A stretch of DNA of 64,000 bases from Alphaproteobacteria bacterium (lineage in GTDB: Bacteria > Pseudomonadota > Alphaproteobacteria > UBA2966), in the NCBI GenBank assembly GCA_964291395.2, contig OZ219856.1, positions 1,920,001 through 1,984,000 of the forward strand, read 5' to 3'. Both the position numbers and the translations under genes were made by a program. Positions within the stretch are counted from its first letter, which is position 1. Every line of letters begins with the position of its first letter. The notes beneath the pieces are model-generated. The model ran no database searches. It had not been told where the DNA came from and saw only the letters and a program-made list of their open reading frames with translations. Shown here piece by piece: positions 19,641 to 30,718 of this stretch.

Positions 19641-20493
19641 ATGCACTACGCCAAGCCCGAAGCCCTCGTCTCGACGGAATGGCTGGCCCAGCACCTGGAC
19701 GATCCCGAGGTGGGGATCATCGACGCCTCGTGGTATCTGCCCGCGCAGAACCGCGACGCCGCCGCCGAGTACGGCCAAGCACACATCCCGGGCGCCGTGT
19801 ACTTCGACATCGACGAAATCAGCGACACCTCGAGCGATCTGCCGCACATGATCCCCAGCGCCGAAGGCTTCGCCGCCAAGGCCGGGGCTCTCGGTCTGGG
19901 GAACGGCTTCCGCATCGTCGCCTACGACTCGGGAAGCATGATGGCATCGTGCCGGGCGTGGTGGATGTTCCGGCTGTTCGGCTATGACGACGTCGCGGTC
20001 CTCTCGGGCGGATTCGCGAAATGGCGGCGGGAGAACCGGCCCGTCGAGTCCGGAGAGGTCACGCCCGTACCCCGCACCCTTACGCGTCCGCTTCCGGCCG
20101 GAGCTGGTGCGCTCATTGGATCAGATGCGGGAAAACCTGCGGTCCAAGGCCGCGCAGGTGCTGGACGCCCGGTCTCGGGGACGTTTCGACGGCACCGAGC
20201 CCGAAACCCGGCCAGGCCTGCGAGGCGGCCACATCCCGGGCAGCGCCTGCCTCCATTACCCCAAGCTGACCGACCCGGAGACCGGCGAATTCCTTCCCGC
20301 CGGCGAGCTCGAGGCCGCCTTCGAGGACTACGGGGTCGATCTGGACCGGCCCGCCGTCGGCACCTGCGGTTCAGGCGTCAGTGCCTGCGTGCTCGCGCTC
20401 GGACTGCATCTGCTCGGCCACGAAGACTACGCGGTGTACGACGGATCGTGGACGGAATGGGGCGGCCGCCCGGATACCCCCGTCGAGACCTGA
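19641..20493 (+). pseudogene. sseA: 3-mercaptopyruvate sulfurtransferase with a frameshift near 20083
   Basis: N-domain DASWYLP/HIPGAVYFDID. C-domain DARSRGRF, CGSGVSA and YDGSWTEW is in a shifted frame. May be a sequencing error. Confidence 0.8.
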
Positions 20494-20530
20494 CGGCAAC
20501 GTGAACGACGCGGGGCCGAAAGGGAATGGC

Positions 20531-21499
20531 ATGAACATTCGCCCCTTCAGGCCCGAGGACGAGGCCGCGGTCGTCGGCCTCTGGCGATCGTGCGATCTGC
20601 TTCGGCCGTGGAACGACCCCCACAAGGACATCGCGCTCTGCCGCGACAGCGGCCACGGCGAGCTCCTCGTGGGAGAAGCGGACCGGGAACTCGTCGCCAG
20701 CGTCATGGTCGGCCACGACGGCCATCGCGGATGGCTCTATTACCTGGCGGTGGCGCCCGAGTCCCGGCGCCAGGGCTTGGGCCGCGAACTCGTCGAGGCG
20801 GCGGAGCGGTGGCTGACGGACCGGGACGTGCCGAAGGCCGAGTTGATGATCCGCCGCGAGAACACCGCGGCGACGGAATTCTATCGGCGCATCGGCTACC
20901 GGCAGGAATCCCGCACGGTGATGGGCCGCCGCCTCGACGGCGTGCCCCAGCCGGTCGAGCACAATCCCGCGGAAACCCGGCGTCTTCCGCTGATCGACAC
21001 CACGATCACCTACCTCGAGATGTCGGCGCCGCCGGACACGCCGTCGATTCCCGCGCCGCCCATGAAGCTCGCGCTGCTGCGCGCCGAAAAGCCGAGCACG
21101 GCGTTCTACCTCTATCTCTACGACGCGGTGGGACGCGAATGGACCTGGGTCAATCGCAAGCACATGCCGGAGGAGGAACTCGGCGCCATCATCCGGGACG
21201 AGCTGGTCGAGATCTACGTGCTCTACGTCGGCGGCGTCCCGGCGGGGTACGCGGAGCTCGACCGCCGAAAGGAGCCCGACGTAGAGCTCGCCTACTTCGG
21301 TCTCGTGCCGGAATTCATCGGCCGGGGGCTCGGACGTTACTTCCTGGATTGGGCGGTCCGCCAAGCCTGGTCGTCCGGCCCGGCGCGCGTTTGGGTGAAC
21401 ACGTGCACCGAGGACCACCCCCGTGCCCTTCCCCTCTATCAACGGCTCGGTTTCCGGGTCTTCGCCCGGGAAACGACGACGCTGGACCCCAACGTATAG
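20531..21499 (+). CDS. Tandem two-domain GNAT acetyltransferase
   Basis: N-domain YpeA-like (PWNDP, GHDGHRGWLYYLAV). C-domain ELAYFGL...GRGLG...DHPRALPLYQRLGF. Confidence 0.85.
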   Translation: MNIRPFRPEDEAAVVGLWRSCDLLRPWNDPHKDIALCRDSGHGELLVGEADRELVASVMVGHDGHRGWLYYLAVAPESRRQGLGRELVEAAERWLTDRDVPKAELMIRRENTAATEFYRRIGYRQESRTVMGRRLDGVPQPVEHNPAETRRLPLIDTTITYLEMSAPPDTPSIPAPPMKLALLRAEKPSTAFYLYLYDAVGREWTWVNRKHMPEEELGAIIRDELVEIYVLYVGGVPAGYAELDRRKEPDVELAYFGLVPEFIGRGLGRYFLDWAVRQAWSSGPARVWVNTCTEDHPRALPLYQRLGFRVFARETTTLDPNV

Positions 21500-21509
21500 A
21501 GATCGGGGC

Positions 21510-21944
21510 ATGAAACGGGTCGAGTCCGAAATCGAGGTCTCCGCCAGCCCGGAGCAGGTCTGGTCCGTGCTCACCGATTTCCGGAAGTGGCCGCAGTGGA
21601 ATCGGGTGATGCCGGGACTGGACGGCGAGCTCGTCGAAGGCGGCCGGGTGGAACTCAAACTCGCCGTTCCCGGACGGCGAACCTCGTGGCAGAAACCGCG
21701 TCTGGTCCGCGTTGCCGAGAACCGGGAACTCCGCTGGCACGATCAGGTGCTCCACCCCAAGGTATTCGTCTCGGAACACTGGTTCGAACTGGAACCGACG
21801 CCCAACGGCTGTCGGGTCCGTCATGGCGAGCGGTTCGCGGGGTGGCTCACCGTCTTCATGGGCAAGAAGACGCTCGAGAAGACCGCGCGGATCTTCGCCC
21901 TGATGAACCGCGATCTGAAGGAGCGCGTCGAGGACGTGACGTGA
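21510..21944 (+). CDS. SRPBCC/polyketide cyclase family protein
   Basis: ASPEQVWSVLTDF..WPQWN...ERFAG...MNRDLKERVE. Confidence 0.8.
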   Translation: MKRVESEIEVSASPEQVWSVLTDFRKWPQWNRVMPGLDGELVEGGRVELKLAVPGRRTSWQKPRLVRVAENRELRWHDQVLHPKVFVSEHWFELEPTPNGCRVRHGERFAGWLTVFMGKKTLEKTARIFALMNRDLKERVEDVT

Positions 21945-22250
21945 TCGGATTGCCGTCCTCCGCCTCCGGCAACCAGGCCGCCATTCAAGGTGGCGGCCCC
22001 TTATTCGCACCGGACGGTTGGCAGAAGAGAGCAAAGAAGGGTATCGTCGGTCACGGTGGGCGTGGCGATGCCGTTGCGCGGGTAGAAAGACGCTTCGACA
22101 ACGAAATTTCTACCCTGTGACAACGGAGTATGCCGCTCTCGCCATTTCAACATCAGACCCGCCATGAATTATCCGTTCTGACACTTCCGAGCTGAATTCC
22201 GCAGGATGCGGGCGTGGTCCTGATGTGAGATCTGAAAAAGGAGAAACAGC

Positions 22251-23282
22251 ATGAGACTCAAAATCCTCGCACATGCTGCGGCGGTCACAGGTATGCTGGT
22301 GATGGTCGGTACCGCACCGAGCCAGTCGGCGACCCTCGACGACGTACGCGCCGCAGGAGAATTGAAGTGTGGCATCAATACCGGCCTTGCGGGCTTCGCG
22401 TTCACCGACGACCAAGGCAACTGGACCGGTTTTGACGTTGCCTACTGCCGGGCGCTCGCCGCTGCGGTGCTGGGCGATTCGAGCAAGATCAAGTTCGTCA
22501 ACCTGACCGGCAAAACCCGGTTTCCGGCCCTCCAGTCGGGCGAGATCGACGTCCTTTCACGCAATACCACCTGGACCCTCTCCCGCGACGTCGACCTCGG
22601 ATTCACGTTCATCGGGGTCAATTACTACGACGGTCAAGGCTTCATCGGCCGCAAGGCGCTAGGTGTGATGAGCGCCAAGGAACTGAGCGGCGCCTCGATC
22701 TGCATTCAGACCGGTACCACGACCGAACTGAACCTCGCGGACTTCGCCCGCACCAACAACATCGACTACGAACCTGTGCCGATCGAGACGAACGCCGAAG
22801 CCCGTGCCGCGTATGAGGCGGAGCGTTGCGACGTGTACACGACGGACGCGTCCGGTCTGGCGGCCACGAAGGCGACCTTCGAGGACGCCGACCAGCACAT
22901 GGTGTATCCCGAGATCGTCTCCAAGGAGCCGCTGGGTCCGCTGGTTCGCCAGGGCGACGATCAGTGGGCGGATATCGCGCGGTGGGTCCTCAACGCGCTC
23001 ATCATCGCGGAAGAGCTCGGCGTGACGCAGGCCAACGTCGAGGAGATGGCCGCCGGAAAAACGGACAACCCGGAAATCAACCGCATGCTCGGCACCGAGG
23101 GCAGCTACGGCGAGATGCTCGGTCTCGACGCCCAGTGGGCGGTCCAGGCAATCGCGGCCGAGGGCAACTACGCGGAGATCTTCGACCGCTACATCGGTCC
23201 GGACACCAAGCTGGGCCTTGGGCGCGGCCTGAACGCGCTCTACAAGGACGGCGGCATCCTGTACGCACCGCCGTTCAGGTAA
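22251..23282 (+). CDS. aapJ: General L-amino acid ABC transporter substrate-binding protein
   Basis: Signal peptide, SRNTTWT, YYDGQGF, SKEPLGP, YAPPFR. Confidence 0.95.
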   Translation: MRLKILAHAAAVTGMLVMVGTAPSQSATLDDVRAAGELKCGINTGLAGFAFTDDQGNWTGFDVAYCRALAAAVLGDSSKIKFVNLTGKTRFPALQSGEIDVLSRNTTWTLSRDVDLGFTFIGVNYYDGQGFIGRKALGVMSAKELSGASICIQTGTTTELNLADFARTNNIDYEPVPIETNAEARAAYEAERCDVYTTDASGLAATKATFEDADQHMVYPEIVSKEPLGPLVRQGDDQWADIARWVLNALIIAEELGVTQANVEEMAAGKTDNPEINRMLGTEGSYGEMLGLDAQWAVQAIAAEGNYAEIFDRYIGPDTKLGLGRGLNALYKDGGILYAPPFR

Positions 23283-23295
23283 GCCGAACCAGGAT

Positions 23296-23327
23296 CGGAC
23301 TCCTCCGGCGACGGCCGGAGGAGTCCG
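23296..23327 (+). terminator. Stem-loop after aapJ (terminator or mRNA stabiliser)
   Basis: CGGACTCCTCCGGC-GACG-GCCGGAGGAGTCCG. Confidence 0.6.
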
Positions 23328-23408
23328 GCAGCCTCCGGCTGTCACCGGAATGAAACGCTCGACATGGTCTCTATTTCGATATTCGACCTCTAGCGAGTGC
23401 CGAGGCCG

Positions 23409-24563
23409 ATGCGCGTAAGCCGCCTGTGGACGGACGCGAGGGCGCGGGGACTCATTTTCCAAGTCCTGTTGCTTCTCGGTCTCGCGCTCGTAATTGCCAT
23501 CATCGTGGTGAACACGACGGAGAACCTGCGGCGCGCCGGTCTCGCTTCGGGTTATGGCTTCCTGTTCGACACCGCGGCGTTCGACATCAACCAGCGGCTG
23601 ATCGAGTACGACTCGACATCTAGCTACGGGCGGGCATTCGTCGTCGGCGGCCTCAACACGATTCTCGTCGCGGTGCTCGGAATCATCGCGGCCACGGGCA
23701 TCGGCTTCGTCGCCGGTGTGCTGCGGTTGTCGAACAACTATCTCATCAGCCGAATCGTCGCCGTGTACGTCGAGTTCACGCGCAACGTCCCCCTGCTGCT
23801 CCAGATCATCTTCTGGTGGATCATCATGCTGGCGCTGCCACGGGTTCGCGACAGCATATCGATCGGCGAGACGGTCTTTCTCAACAATCGCGGCATACGG
23901 ATACCTTCGCCGATATTCGAGAACGGCTCGTCCATCATTCTTCTGGCGATTGCCGGCGGTTTGATCGGAACCATCATCGTCGCGCGCTGGGCCAAGGCCC
24001 GCCAACACGCGACCGGTCAGAGGTTCCCGGTCGGGTGGGTCGGGTTGGCCGCCGTGGTTGGCCTGCCGCTCGTGGTTTACTTCCTTCTCGGCCGGCCGAT
24101 CGGACTGGAGGCCCCGGTCATGGGCACGTTCAACCTGAAAGGAGGGGGCAACATCACGCCGGAACTGACCGCGCTCTGGCTCGCGCTGTCGACCTACACC
24201 GGAGCCTTCATATCGGAGATCGTCCGCGCCGGAATCCTTTCGGTGAGCAAGGGACAGACGGAAGCGGCCGGGGCTCTTGGCCTTCGTCCGGGACTTACGA
24301 TGCGCCTGATCACCCTGCCGCAGGCGTTGCGGGTGATCATCCCGCCCCTCACCAGTCAATACCTCAATCTCACCAAGAACTCTTCGCTTGCGGTCGCCAT
24401 CGGATACCAGGACCTCGTCTCGATCGGCGACACTATCCTGAACCAGAGCGGACAGGCGTTGGAGGTGATCTCGATCTACATGATCGTCTATCTCTCTCTC
24501 AGCCTGATCACGTCCGCGTTCATGAACTGGTACAACGCGCGCATCGCGCTGGTTGAACGATGA
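23409..24563 (+). CDS. aapQ: Amino acid ABC transporter permease
   Basis: RNVPLLLQ, EIVRAGI, YLNLTKNSSLA. Confidence 0.93.
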   Translation: MRVSRLWTDARARGLIFQVLLLLGLALVIAIIVVNTTENLRRAGLASGYGFLFDTAAFDINQRLIEYDSTSSYGRAFVVGGLNTILVAVLGIIAATGIGFVAGVLRLSNNYLISRIVAVYVEFTRNVPLLLQIIFWWIIMLALPRVRDSISIGETVFLNNRGIRIPSPIFENGSSIILLAIAGGLIGTIIVARWAKARQHATGQRFPVGWVGLAAVVGLPLVVYFLLGRPIGLEAPVMGTFNLKGGGNITPELTALWLALSTYTGAFISEIVRAGILSVSKGQTEAAGALGLRPGLTMRLITLPQALRVIIPPLTSQYLNLTKNSSLAVAIGYQDLVSIGDTILNQSGQALEVISIYMIVYLSLSLITSAFMNWYNARIALVER

Positions 24564-25675
24564 GCGACGAGCGAGCGTTCTACCGCAGCCAAGCCGAGAT
24601 GCTGCCCCCACGCCCGGCGCCGGCGGCAACTGTCGGGGCGGTCGGCTGGATGCGTGCCAACCTGTTTTCGAGCTACCTCAACATCGCGTTGACCCTGATG
24701 TCCGTCGGACTGCTCTGGGTTGCCGTACCGCCATTTCTCGACTGGGCCCTCTTCGGGGCCGACTTCAGCGGCGCGACCGGAGCGGATTGCACGGGAGACG
24801 GCGCTTGCTGGGCTTGGCTGGATCAACGTATCGAGCAGTTCCTCTACGGTTTCTATCCGGCCGAGTCCTACTGGCGGGTCAACCTCGCCGTCATCCTGCT
24901 GGTGCCGGCGCTCGCCTACCTGCTGTTCGACAACTTGCCCTATGCCCGGTACGGGCGCTTTTTCTCGGTCGCCTACCCGGTGATCGCCGCCGTCCTCCTC
25001 GTCGGCGGCTTCGGTCTCGAGGGTGTCACCACCGACAAGTTCGGCGGCTTCATGCTCAATCTTGTCGCCGGACTCGCGGGCATCGTCCTGTCCCTGCCGA
25101 TCGGCATCCTGTTGGCCCTCGGCCGGCGTTCGCGCCTGCCGGTGGTACGCGTCCTGTGTGTCGTGTTCATCGAGATATTCCGGGGAGTTCCGCTGATCAC
25201 GCTGCTCTTCGTCGCCATCGTCATCCTGCAGCTGTTCCTGCCTCCGGAGGTGTCGCTCGACCAACTCATCCGGGTCATGATCATGATCACTCTGTTCGCT
25301 TCGGCCTACATGGCAGAGGTCATCCGAGGCGGCTTGCAAGCGATATCCCAAGGCCAGTACGAGGCATCGCAGGCGATGGGCCTCGGTTACTGGCAAATGA
25401 TGCGCCTCGTCGTCCTGCCTCAGGCGCTGAAGATCTCGATTCCCGGAATCGTCAATACGTTCATCGGTCTTTTCAAGGATACGACGCTCGTCATCATCAT
25501 CGGTCTCTTCGACATTCTCGGACAGGCGCGCCTGCTGCAGACGAATCCGGAATGGATCGGCAAAGTCGATCACGAGACGTTTCTGTTGGCGGCAGTGTTC
25601 TTCTTCGTGATTTGCTTCTCCATGTCGCGCTATTCGATCAACCTCGAAAAGAGTCTGGACACGGGACGTCAATAG
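24560..25675 (+). CDS. aapM: Amino acid ABC transporter permease
   Basis: RGVPLITLLF, AYMAEVIRGGLQ, FKDTTL. Confidence 0.93.
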   Translation: MSDERAFYRSQAEMLPPRPAPAATVGAVGWMRANLFSSYLNIALTLMSVGLLWVAVPPFLDWALFGADFSGATGADCTGDGACWAWLDQRIEQFLYGFYPAESYWRVNLAVILLVPALAYLLFDNLPYARYGRFFSVAYPVIAAVLLVGGFGLEGVTTDKFGGFMLNLVAGLAGIVLSLPIGILLALGRRSRLPVVRVLCVVFIEIFRGVPLITLLFVAIVILQLFLPPEVSLDQLIRVMIMITLFASAYMAEVIRGGLQAISQGQYEASQAMGLGYWQMMRLVVLPQALKISIPGIVNTFIGLFKDTTLVIIIGLFDILGQARLLQTNPEWIGKVDHETFLLAAVFFFVICFSMSRYSINLEKSLDTGRQ

Positions 25676-25687
25676 GGAGGACATGCC

Positions 25688-26482
25688 ATGTCTATCGCCG
25701 GGAGCAATGCCGAGCCGCCCTCGGCCGATGCGGGCGATGCCAGCGCCGATCCGATCATCCGGATCGACGGCCTCAACAAGTGGTTCGGATCGTTTCACGT
25801 TCTGCGGGACATCAACCTGGAAGTGGCACCTCAGGAGCGAATCGTCATCTGCGGACCGTCCGGGTCGGGCAAGTCGACGCTCATTCGCTGCATCAACCGG
25901 CTCGAGGAGCACCAGGAAGGCTCGATCACCGTGGACGGTACCGAGCTCACGCACGATCTCAAGAACATCGACGCGATTCGCCGCGAAGTCGGAATGGTTT
26001 TCCAGCAATTCAACCTGTTTCCGCACCTGACCGTACTGGAGAACTGCATGCTCGCGCCGGTGTGGGTACGCAAGATGCCGCGAAAGGAAGCGGAAGAGAT
26101 CGCGATGACGTATCTCGAGCGGGTCAAGATTCCCGATCAGGCGCCGAAATATCCCGGCCAGTTGTCGGGCGGCCAGCAACAGCGAGTGGCGATCGCGCGG
26201 TCGCTTTGCATGCGGCCGAAGATCATGCTGTTCGATGAGCCGACTTCGGCGCTCGATCCCGAAATGATCAAGGAAGTGCTGGATGTCATGGTCGATCTGG
26301 CCGGGTCCGGCATGACCATGCTCGTCGTCACCCACGAGATGGGCTTCGCTTCGCAGGTCGCGAATCGGGTCATGCTCATGGACGACGGCCAGATACTCGA
26401 ACAGAACACTCCCGATGAGTTCTTCAACAACCCGCAGTCCGATCGCACCAAGCTGTTCCTGAGTCAGATCCTCCATCATTGA
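25688..26482 (+). CDS. aapP: Amino acid ABC transporter ATP-binding protein
   Basis: [24 protein letters not shown]. Confidence 0.95.
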   Translation: MSIAGSNAEPPSADAGDASADPIIRIDGLNKWFGSFHVLRDINLEVAPQERIVICGPSGSGKSTLIRCINRLEEHQEGSITVDGTELTHDLKNIDAIRREVGMVFQQFNLFPHLTVLENCMLAPVWVRKMPRKEAEEIAMTYLERVKIPDQAPKYPGQLSGGQQQRVAIARSLCMRPKIMLFDEPTSALDPEMIKEVLDVMVDLAGSGMTMLVVTHEMGFASQVANRVMLMDDGQILEQNTPDEFFNNPQSDRTKLFLSQILHH

Positions 26483-26669
26483 GTCCGGCCGGGCTTTTCG
26501 ACGTTCCCCACCGGCGAGGCGAAGCGGAACTCCGCGACGGCGCCCGCTCTCGGCCGGACCCCGGCCGAAGCCGACGGGCCGGGCGGCATGTCTGGCGCCA
26601 CCCAATCCGAGATGACATCATGCGCCGCTCTCACGACGGTCCGGTCATCCACACGAAAGCAGCGAGGCC

Positions 26670-27854
26670 ATGAAGGACGACACCACCATTGTTCACGCCG
26701 GCAGGAAACCCTTCGACAACCACGGAATCGTCAATCCGCCCGTCTATCACGCGTCGACCGTTCTGTTTCCGACCGTGGAGGCCTGGGAGCAGGCGCGGGA
26801 ACACCGGGACCAGCCCGGCACCATCGTCTACGGGCGGCGCGGCACGCCGACGACGTTCGCGCTGCAGGATGCCATGGCCGAACTGGAAGGCGCGGATCAT
26901 TGCCTTGCCGTGCCGTCGGGATTGGCGGCCATCACCGCCCCGCTGCTCGCCTTTCTCGACCCCGGCGACCACATGCTGATGGTCGACGCCGTGTACTATC
27001 CGGCACGGCGGTTCGCCGACACCCTGCTCGCCCGGATGGGCGTCGAGACCACGTTCTACGACCCGGCGATCGGAGCCGACATCGCCGGCCTGATCCGGCA
27101 AAACACCCGGGTCGTGTACCTCGAGGCGCCGGGTTCCCAGACCTTCGAGATGCAGGACATCCCGGCGATCGCCGAAGTCGCCAGGAAGGCCGGGGCCGTG
27201 ACCATGATGGACAACACGTGGGCCACGCCGCTCTACTTCAAGCCGCTCGATTTCGGTGTCGACATCTCGATCATGGCGGCGACCAAGTACATCGTCGGCC
27301 ATTCCGATGCGATGCTGGGACTGGTTTCCGCCCGGGACGAGCATTTCGCCCGGGTCCGGGATTCCGCCTGGACCCTGGGCATGGCGGTGGGGCCGGACGA
27401 CTGTTATCTCGGTCAGCGCGGACTCCGCACCCTGTCGGCCCGGCTCGCGCGCCACCAGGAATCGGCCATGAAGCTCACCGAATGGTTCGAGGCCCGGCCG
27501 GAGGTGGATCGCGTGCTCTATCCGGCCCTGCCCAGCGACCCCGGGCACGAGATCTGGAAGCGGGACTTCAAGGGCGCTTCGGGACTGTTCGGCGTCGTGC
27601 TCAGGGACGCTTCGCCCGACGCCGTCGCGGCCATGCTGAACGGCTATCGCTACTTCGGCATGGGCGGCTCCTGGGGCGGCTACGAGAGCCTCGTCCTGCC
27701 TACCCAGCCCGAGAGACTGCGCTCGGCGACGACATGGGACGCGCCCGGGCCGACGCTGCGCTATCACGCCGGTCTCGAGGACGCCGACGACCTGATCGCC
27801 GACCTCGAAGCGGGTTTCGAACGGCTTGGCGCGGCCCGCGAGGCAGGGGAATAG
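26670..27854 (+). CDS. metC: Cystathionine beta-lyase
   Basis: VNPPVYHASTV, YGRRGTPT, DNTWA, ATKY. Syntenic with aap. Confidence 0.92.
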   Translation: MKDDTTIVHAGRKPFDNHGIVNPPVYHASTVLFPTVEAWEQAREHRDQPGTIVYGRRGTPTTFALQDAMAELEGADHCLAVPSGLAAITAPLLAFLDPGDHMLMVDAVYYPARRFADTLLARMGVETTFYDPAIGADIAGLIRQNTRVVYLEAPGSQTFEMQDIPAIAEVARKAGAVTMMDNTWATPLYFKPLDFGVDISIMAATKYIVGHSDAMLGLVSARDEHFARVRDSAWTLGMAVGPDDCYLGQRGLRTLSARLARHQESAMKLTEWFEARPEVDRVLYPALPSDPGHEIWKRDFKGASGLFGVVLRDASPDAVAAMLNGYRYFGMGGSWGGYESLVLPTQPERLRSATTWDAPGPTLRYHAGLEDADDLIADLEAGFERLGAAREAGE

Positions 27855-27974
27855 ATCGGACGCGGACGAACGGCAAACGCGGGGCCGACCCCGATTCGCT
27901 CTGGCGAAGCGGGCGTTCAAGCCCGTATCATGAGACCGGCAGCGAGGCGCCGGCGGCGCCAAGGACGATGAATC

Positions 27975-28385
27975 ATGCAGGATTCCGACGGCAACACGGT
28001 CGCTTCCGCGGTCTTCGACGCCATCGCCTTCGACGCGAAGGGCCTCGTCCCCGCCATCGCGCAACAGCACGATTCCGGCGAAGTCCTGATGATGGCCTGG
28101 ATGAACCGGGAGGCCGTGGAGCGGACCCTGGCCGCGGGCGTGGTGCACTACTGGTCGCGGTCCCGGAACAGGCTCTGGCGCAAAGGCGAGTCGTCGGGTC
28201 AGACCCAGACCCTCAAGGAATTGCGGGTGGACTGCGACGGGGACACGCTGCTTCTGCTGGTCGACCAAGAGGGGCTGGCGTGCCACACCGGGCGGCGCAA
28301 CTGCTTCTTCACCGCCGTGCGCGACGGCGGCCTCGAAACCATCGCCGAGGTCGAGGTGGACCCGAGAGAGCTCTACGGAAATTGA
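27975..28385 (+). CDS. hisI: Phosphoribosyl-AMP cyclohydrolase
   Basis: YWSRSR..LWRKGESSG, DCDGD, ACHTG...CF. Confidence 0.95.
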   Translation: MQDSDGNTVASAVFDAIAFDAKGLVPAIAQQHDSGEVLMMAWMNREAVERTLAAGVVHYWSRSRNRLWRKGESSGQTQTLKELRVDCDGDTLLLLVDQEGLACHTGRRNCFFTAVRDGGLETIAEVEVDPRELYGN

Positions 28386-28579
28386 GCTGCCACATCCAGG
28401 GTCCTCCGGGCAGCCGACGGAATCGTTATCAGGCGTCCTGGAACGTGAAACCGGGCGCGCCCGAGACCAAGGGCGCCGCCGTCGTCTACACCGCCGCCTC
28501 TATTCTTGGGAGCACGGCCGCCGGTCGCGCGCCGTCTACCCCGCGCGCGAAAGGTCCCGCTCACGAAACCGCCTGAATC

Positions 28580-30656
28580 ACACACCGATCCCCCCGCTCG
28601 GCAAAACGCGACTGCCCGGACGGGCTCCGGACCCGCCAGGACGGCACCGTCGACGGCGTGGAACGGGGCCGTCTCTGGGGCATGGACTGGGGCGTCGGCA
28701 CTCACCCTTTTCCTGTACGGGTTCGCCCAGCCCCGAGCGGATCGGGGCCGATGCGCGACGCGTCGGCAATCTGTCCGCGTTCTATTTCTATGCCTATGCC
28801 GGAATACAGATTCCCGTCGGCGTTTTGCTCGATCGCATGGGGACCGCGGCGGCTCCTGGCGGGTGCGGCGCTCATCAGCGCCGTCCAGCCTCCTGCTCTT
28901 CGAGCCTCCTGACCCAGGCGTACGCGGGACGATTCTGATCATCGGCGCAGGAGTCTGTTTCGTCGCCGCACTCACGATCGCCATGGCCTCTGGCGCTGCA
29001 TCGCGGCGAAGCCGGGCACCGCCTGGGTACGGTCGGCGGCATCGGCGGTCAGCCATCCGCCGGGCCACACCCCGCGTTCGCGAAAGGTCGCCGCGCTATT
29101 GCGGCGGCGCGATATGGCTTGCCGCCCGACCCGGCGAGTCGGCGAAGTCGCGCAAATCCCGCGACGGCATTGCCCTGAACCTGGTTGCTGGCCGCTCAAT
29201 CTCGCGAGCCACGCCGGGCCGATGCTGTCGTTCGCCGGATTGTGGGGCGTAGCCTACCTCACACGCCGATCCCCCCGCCCGGCAAAACGCGACTGCCCGG
29301 ACGGGCTCCGGGACCCGCCAGGACGGCACCGTCGACGGCGTGGAACGGGGCCGTCTCTGGGCATGGATCGCCTGGGGCGTCGGCACCACCCTTTTCCTGT
29401 ACGGGTTCGCCCAGCGCGTCGCCCCGAGCGTCATGATCGGGGACCTGATGCGCGACTCGATCTCCGCAAGCGGCGCCATGGACACTCGGCAATCTGTCGT
29501 CTGCGTTCTATTTCTATGCCTATGCCGGAATACAGATTCCCGTCGGCGTTTTGCTCGATCGCTGGGGACCGCGGCGACCTCTTTCTCCTGGCGGGTGCGG
29601 CGCTCATCAGCGCCGTCGGCAGCCTCCTGTTCTCCACCTCGAGCCTCCTGACCCAGGCGTACGCGGGACGATTGCTGATCGGGATCGGCGCAGGAGTCTG
29701 TTTCGTCGCCGCACTCAAGATCGCCATGCTCTGGCTGCCCCTCACTTTCATCGATACGCAGCGCGATCGCCGGGCTCACCATGTGCCTGGGTACGGTCGG
29801 CGGCATCGGCGGTCAGGCTCCGCTCGCGGCCATCCTCGAGTTCGCAAGCTGGCGCGAGGTCATGATCTGGGCGGCCGTGTTCGCCGTCGCTTTGCGGCGG
29901 CGCGATATGGCTTGCCGCCCGACCCCGGCGAGTCGGCGACCTCTCGCGAGCTTCCGCGCAAATCCCGCGACGGCATTGCCTTCTCCAGCACTTCTCGACG
30001 GTCTGACGGCTGGTGCTGTCCAGATCTCAGACCTGGTTGCTGGCCCTCAATCTCGCGAGCCACGCCGGGCCGATGCTGTCGTTCGCCGGATTGTGATTCA
30101 AGATGGGGCGTAGCCTACCTCATGGCGCGCTTCGGTCTCGAGCGAACGACCGCCGCGATCGCAACGTCCATGATGCTGGTCGGCTGGGCCTGGTGGGCAG
30201 CGCAGAGTCGCGGGCTGGGTCTCGGATCTCCTGCAACGGCGCAAAATCCTGATGATCGTGTCTTCTCTCATTGCGATCGTGCGGGATGGCCCGTCATCAT
30301 TCTGGCGCCGGCCCTCTCGCCGACAGCCGTGGTGACGCTGCTGTCTGCCATCGGTTTCGCGGGTGGCGCCGTGATCATCGGTTCGCCGTGGCCAACGAGA
30401 CGACGCCGTCCGCCGCGGAGGTGTCATGGCCGGCGTTCTGGAATACCGCAAACATGACGGCCGGGGCGGCGCTGCAGGTGTTGATCGGATGGCTCCTCGA
30501 TCTCGGTTGGGACGGCCGGATGGGAGACGGCGTCCCGTCTCTATTCGGTGGACACATTCAACGACGCCCTGCTCGTGTATTTCGTCCTGCGGGGCAATCA
30601 GCCTGATCACGGTCATCTTCATCCGCGAAACGTATGCCAAGCGTATCGTCGACTAG
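28580..30656 (+). pseudogene. MFS transporter, tandemly duplicated and fragmented by many indels
   Basis: Fragments FLYGFAQRVAPSVM, QIPVGVLLDRWG, AYAGRLLIGIG, FAGLWGVAYL, GWLLDLGWDG. 28580-29260 is a deletion-ridden copy of 29261-30120. Confidence 0.75.
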
Positions 30657-30718
30657 ATCGGCCCCCCATCGAGCGGCCCGATCTCCATAAGGGAGGCGGA
30701 CGATCCGAACCGCCGTGG

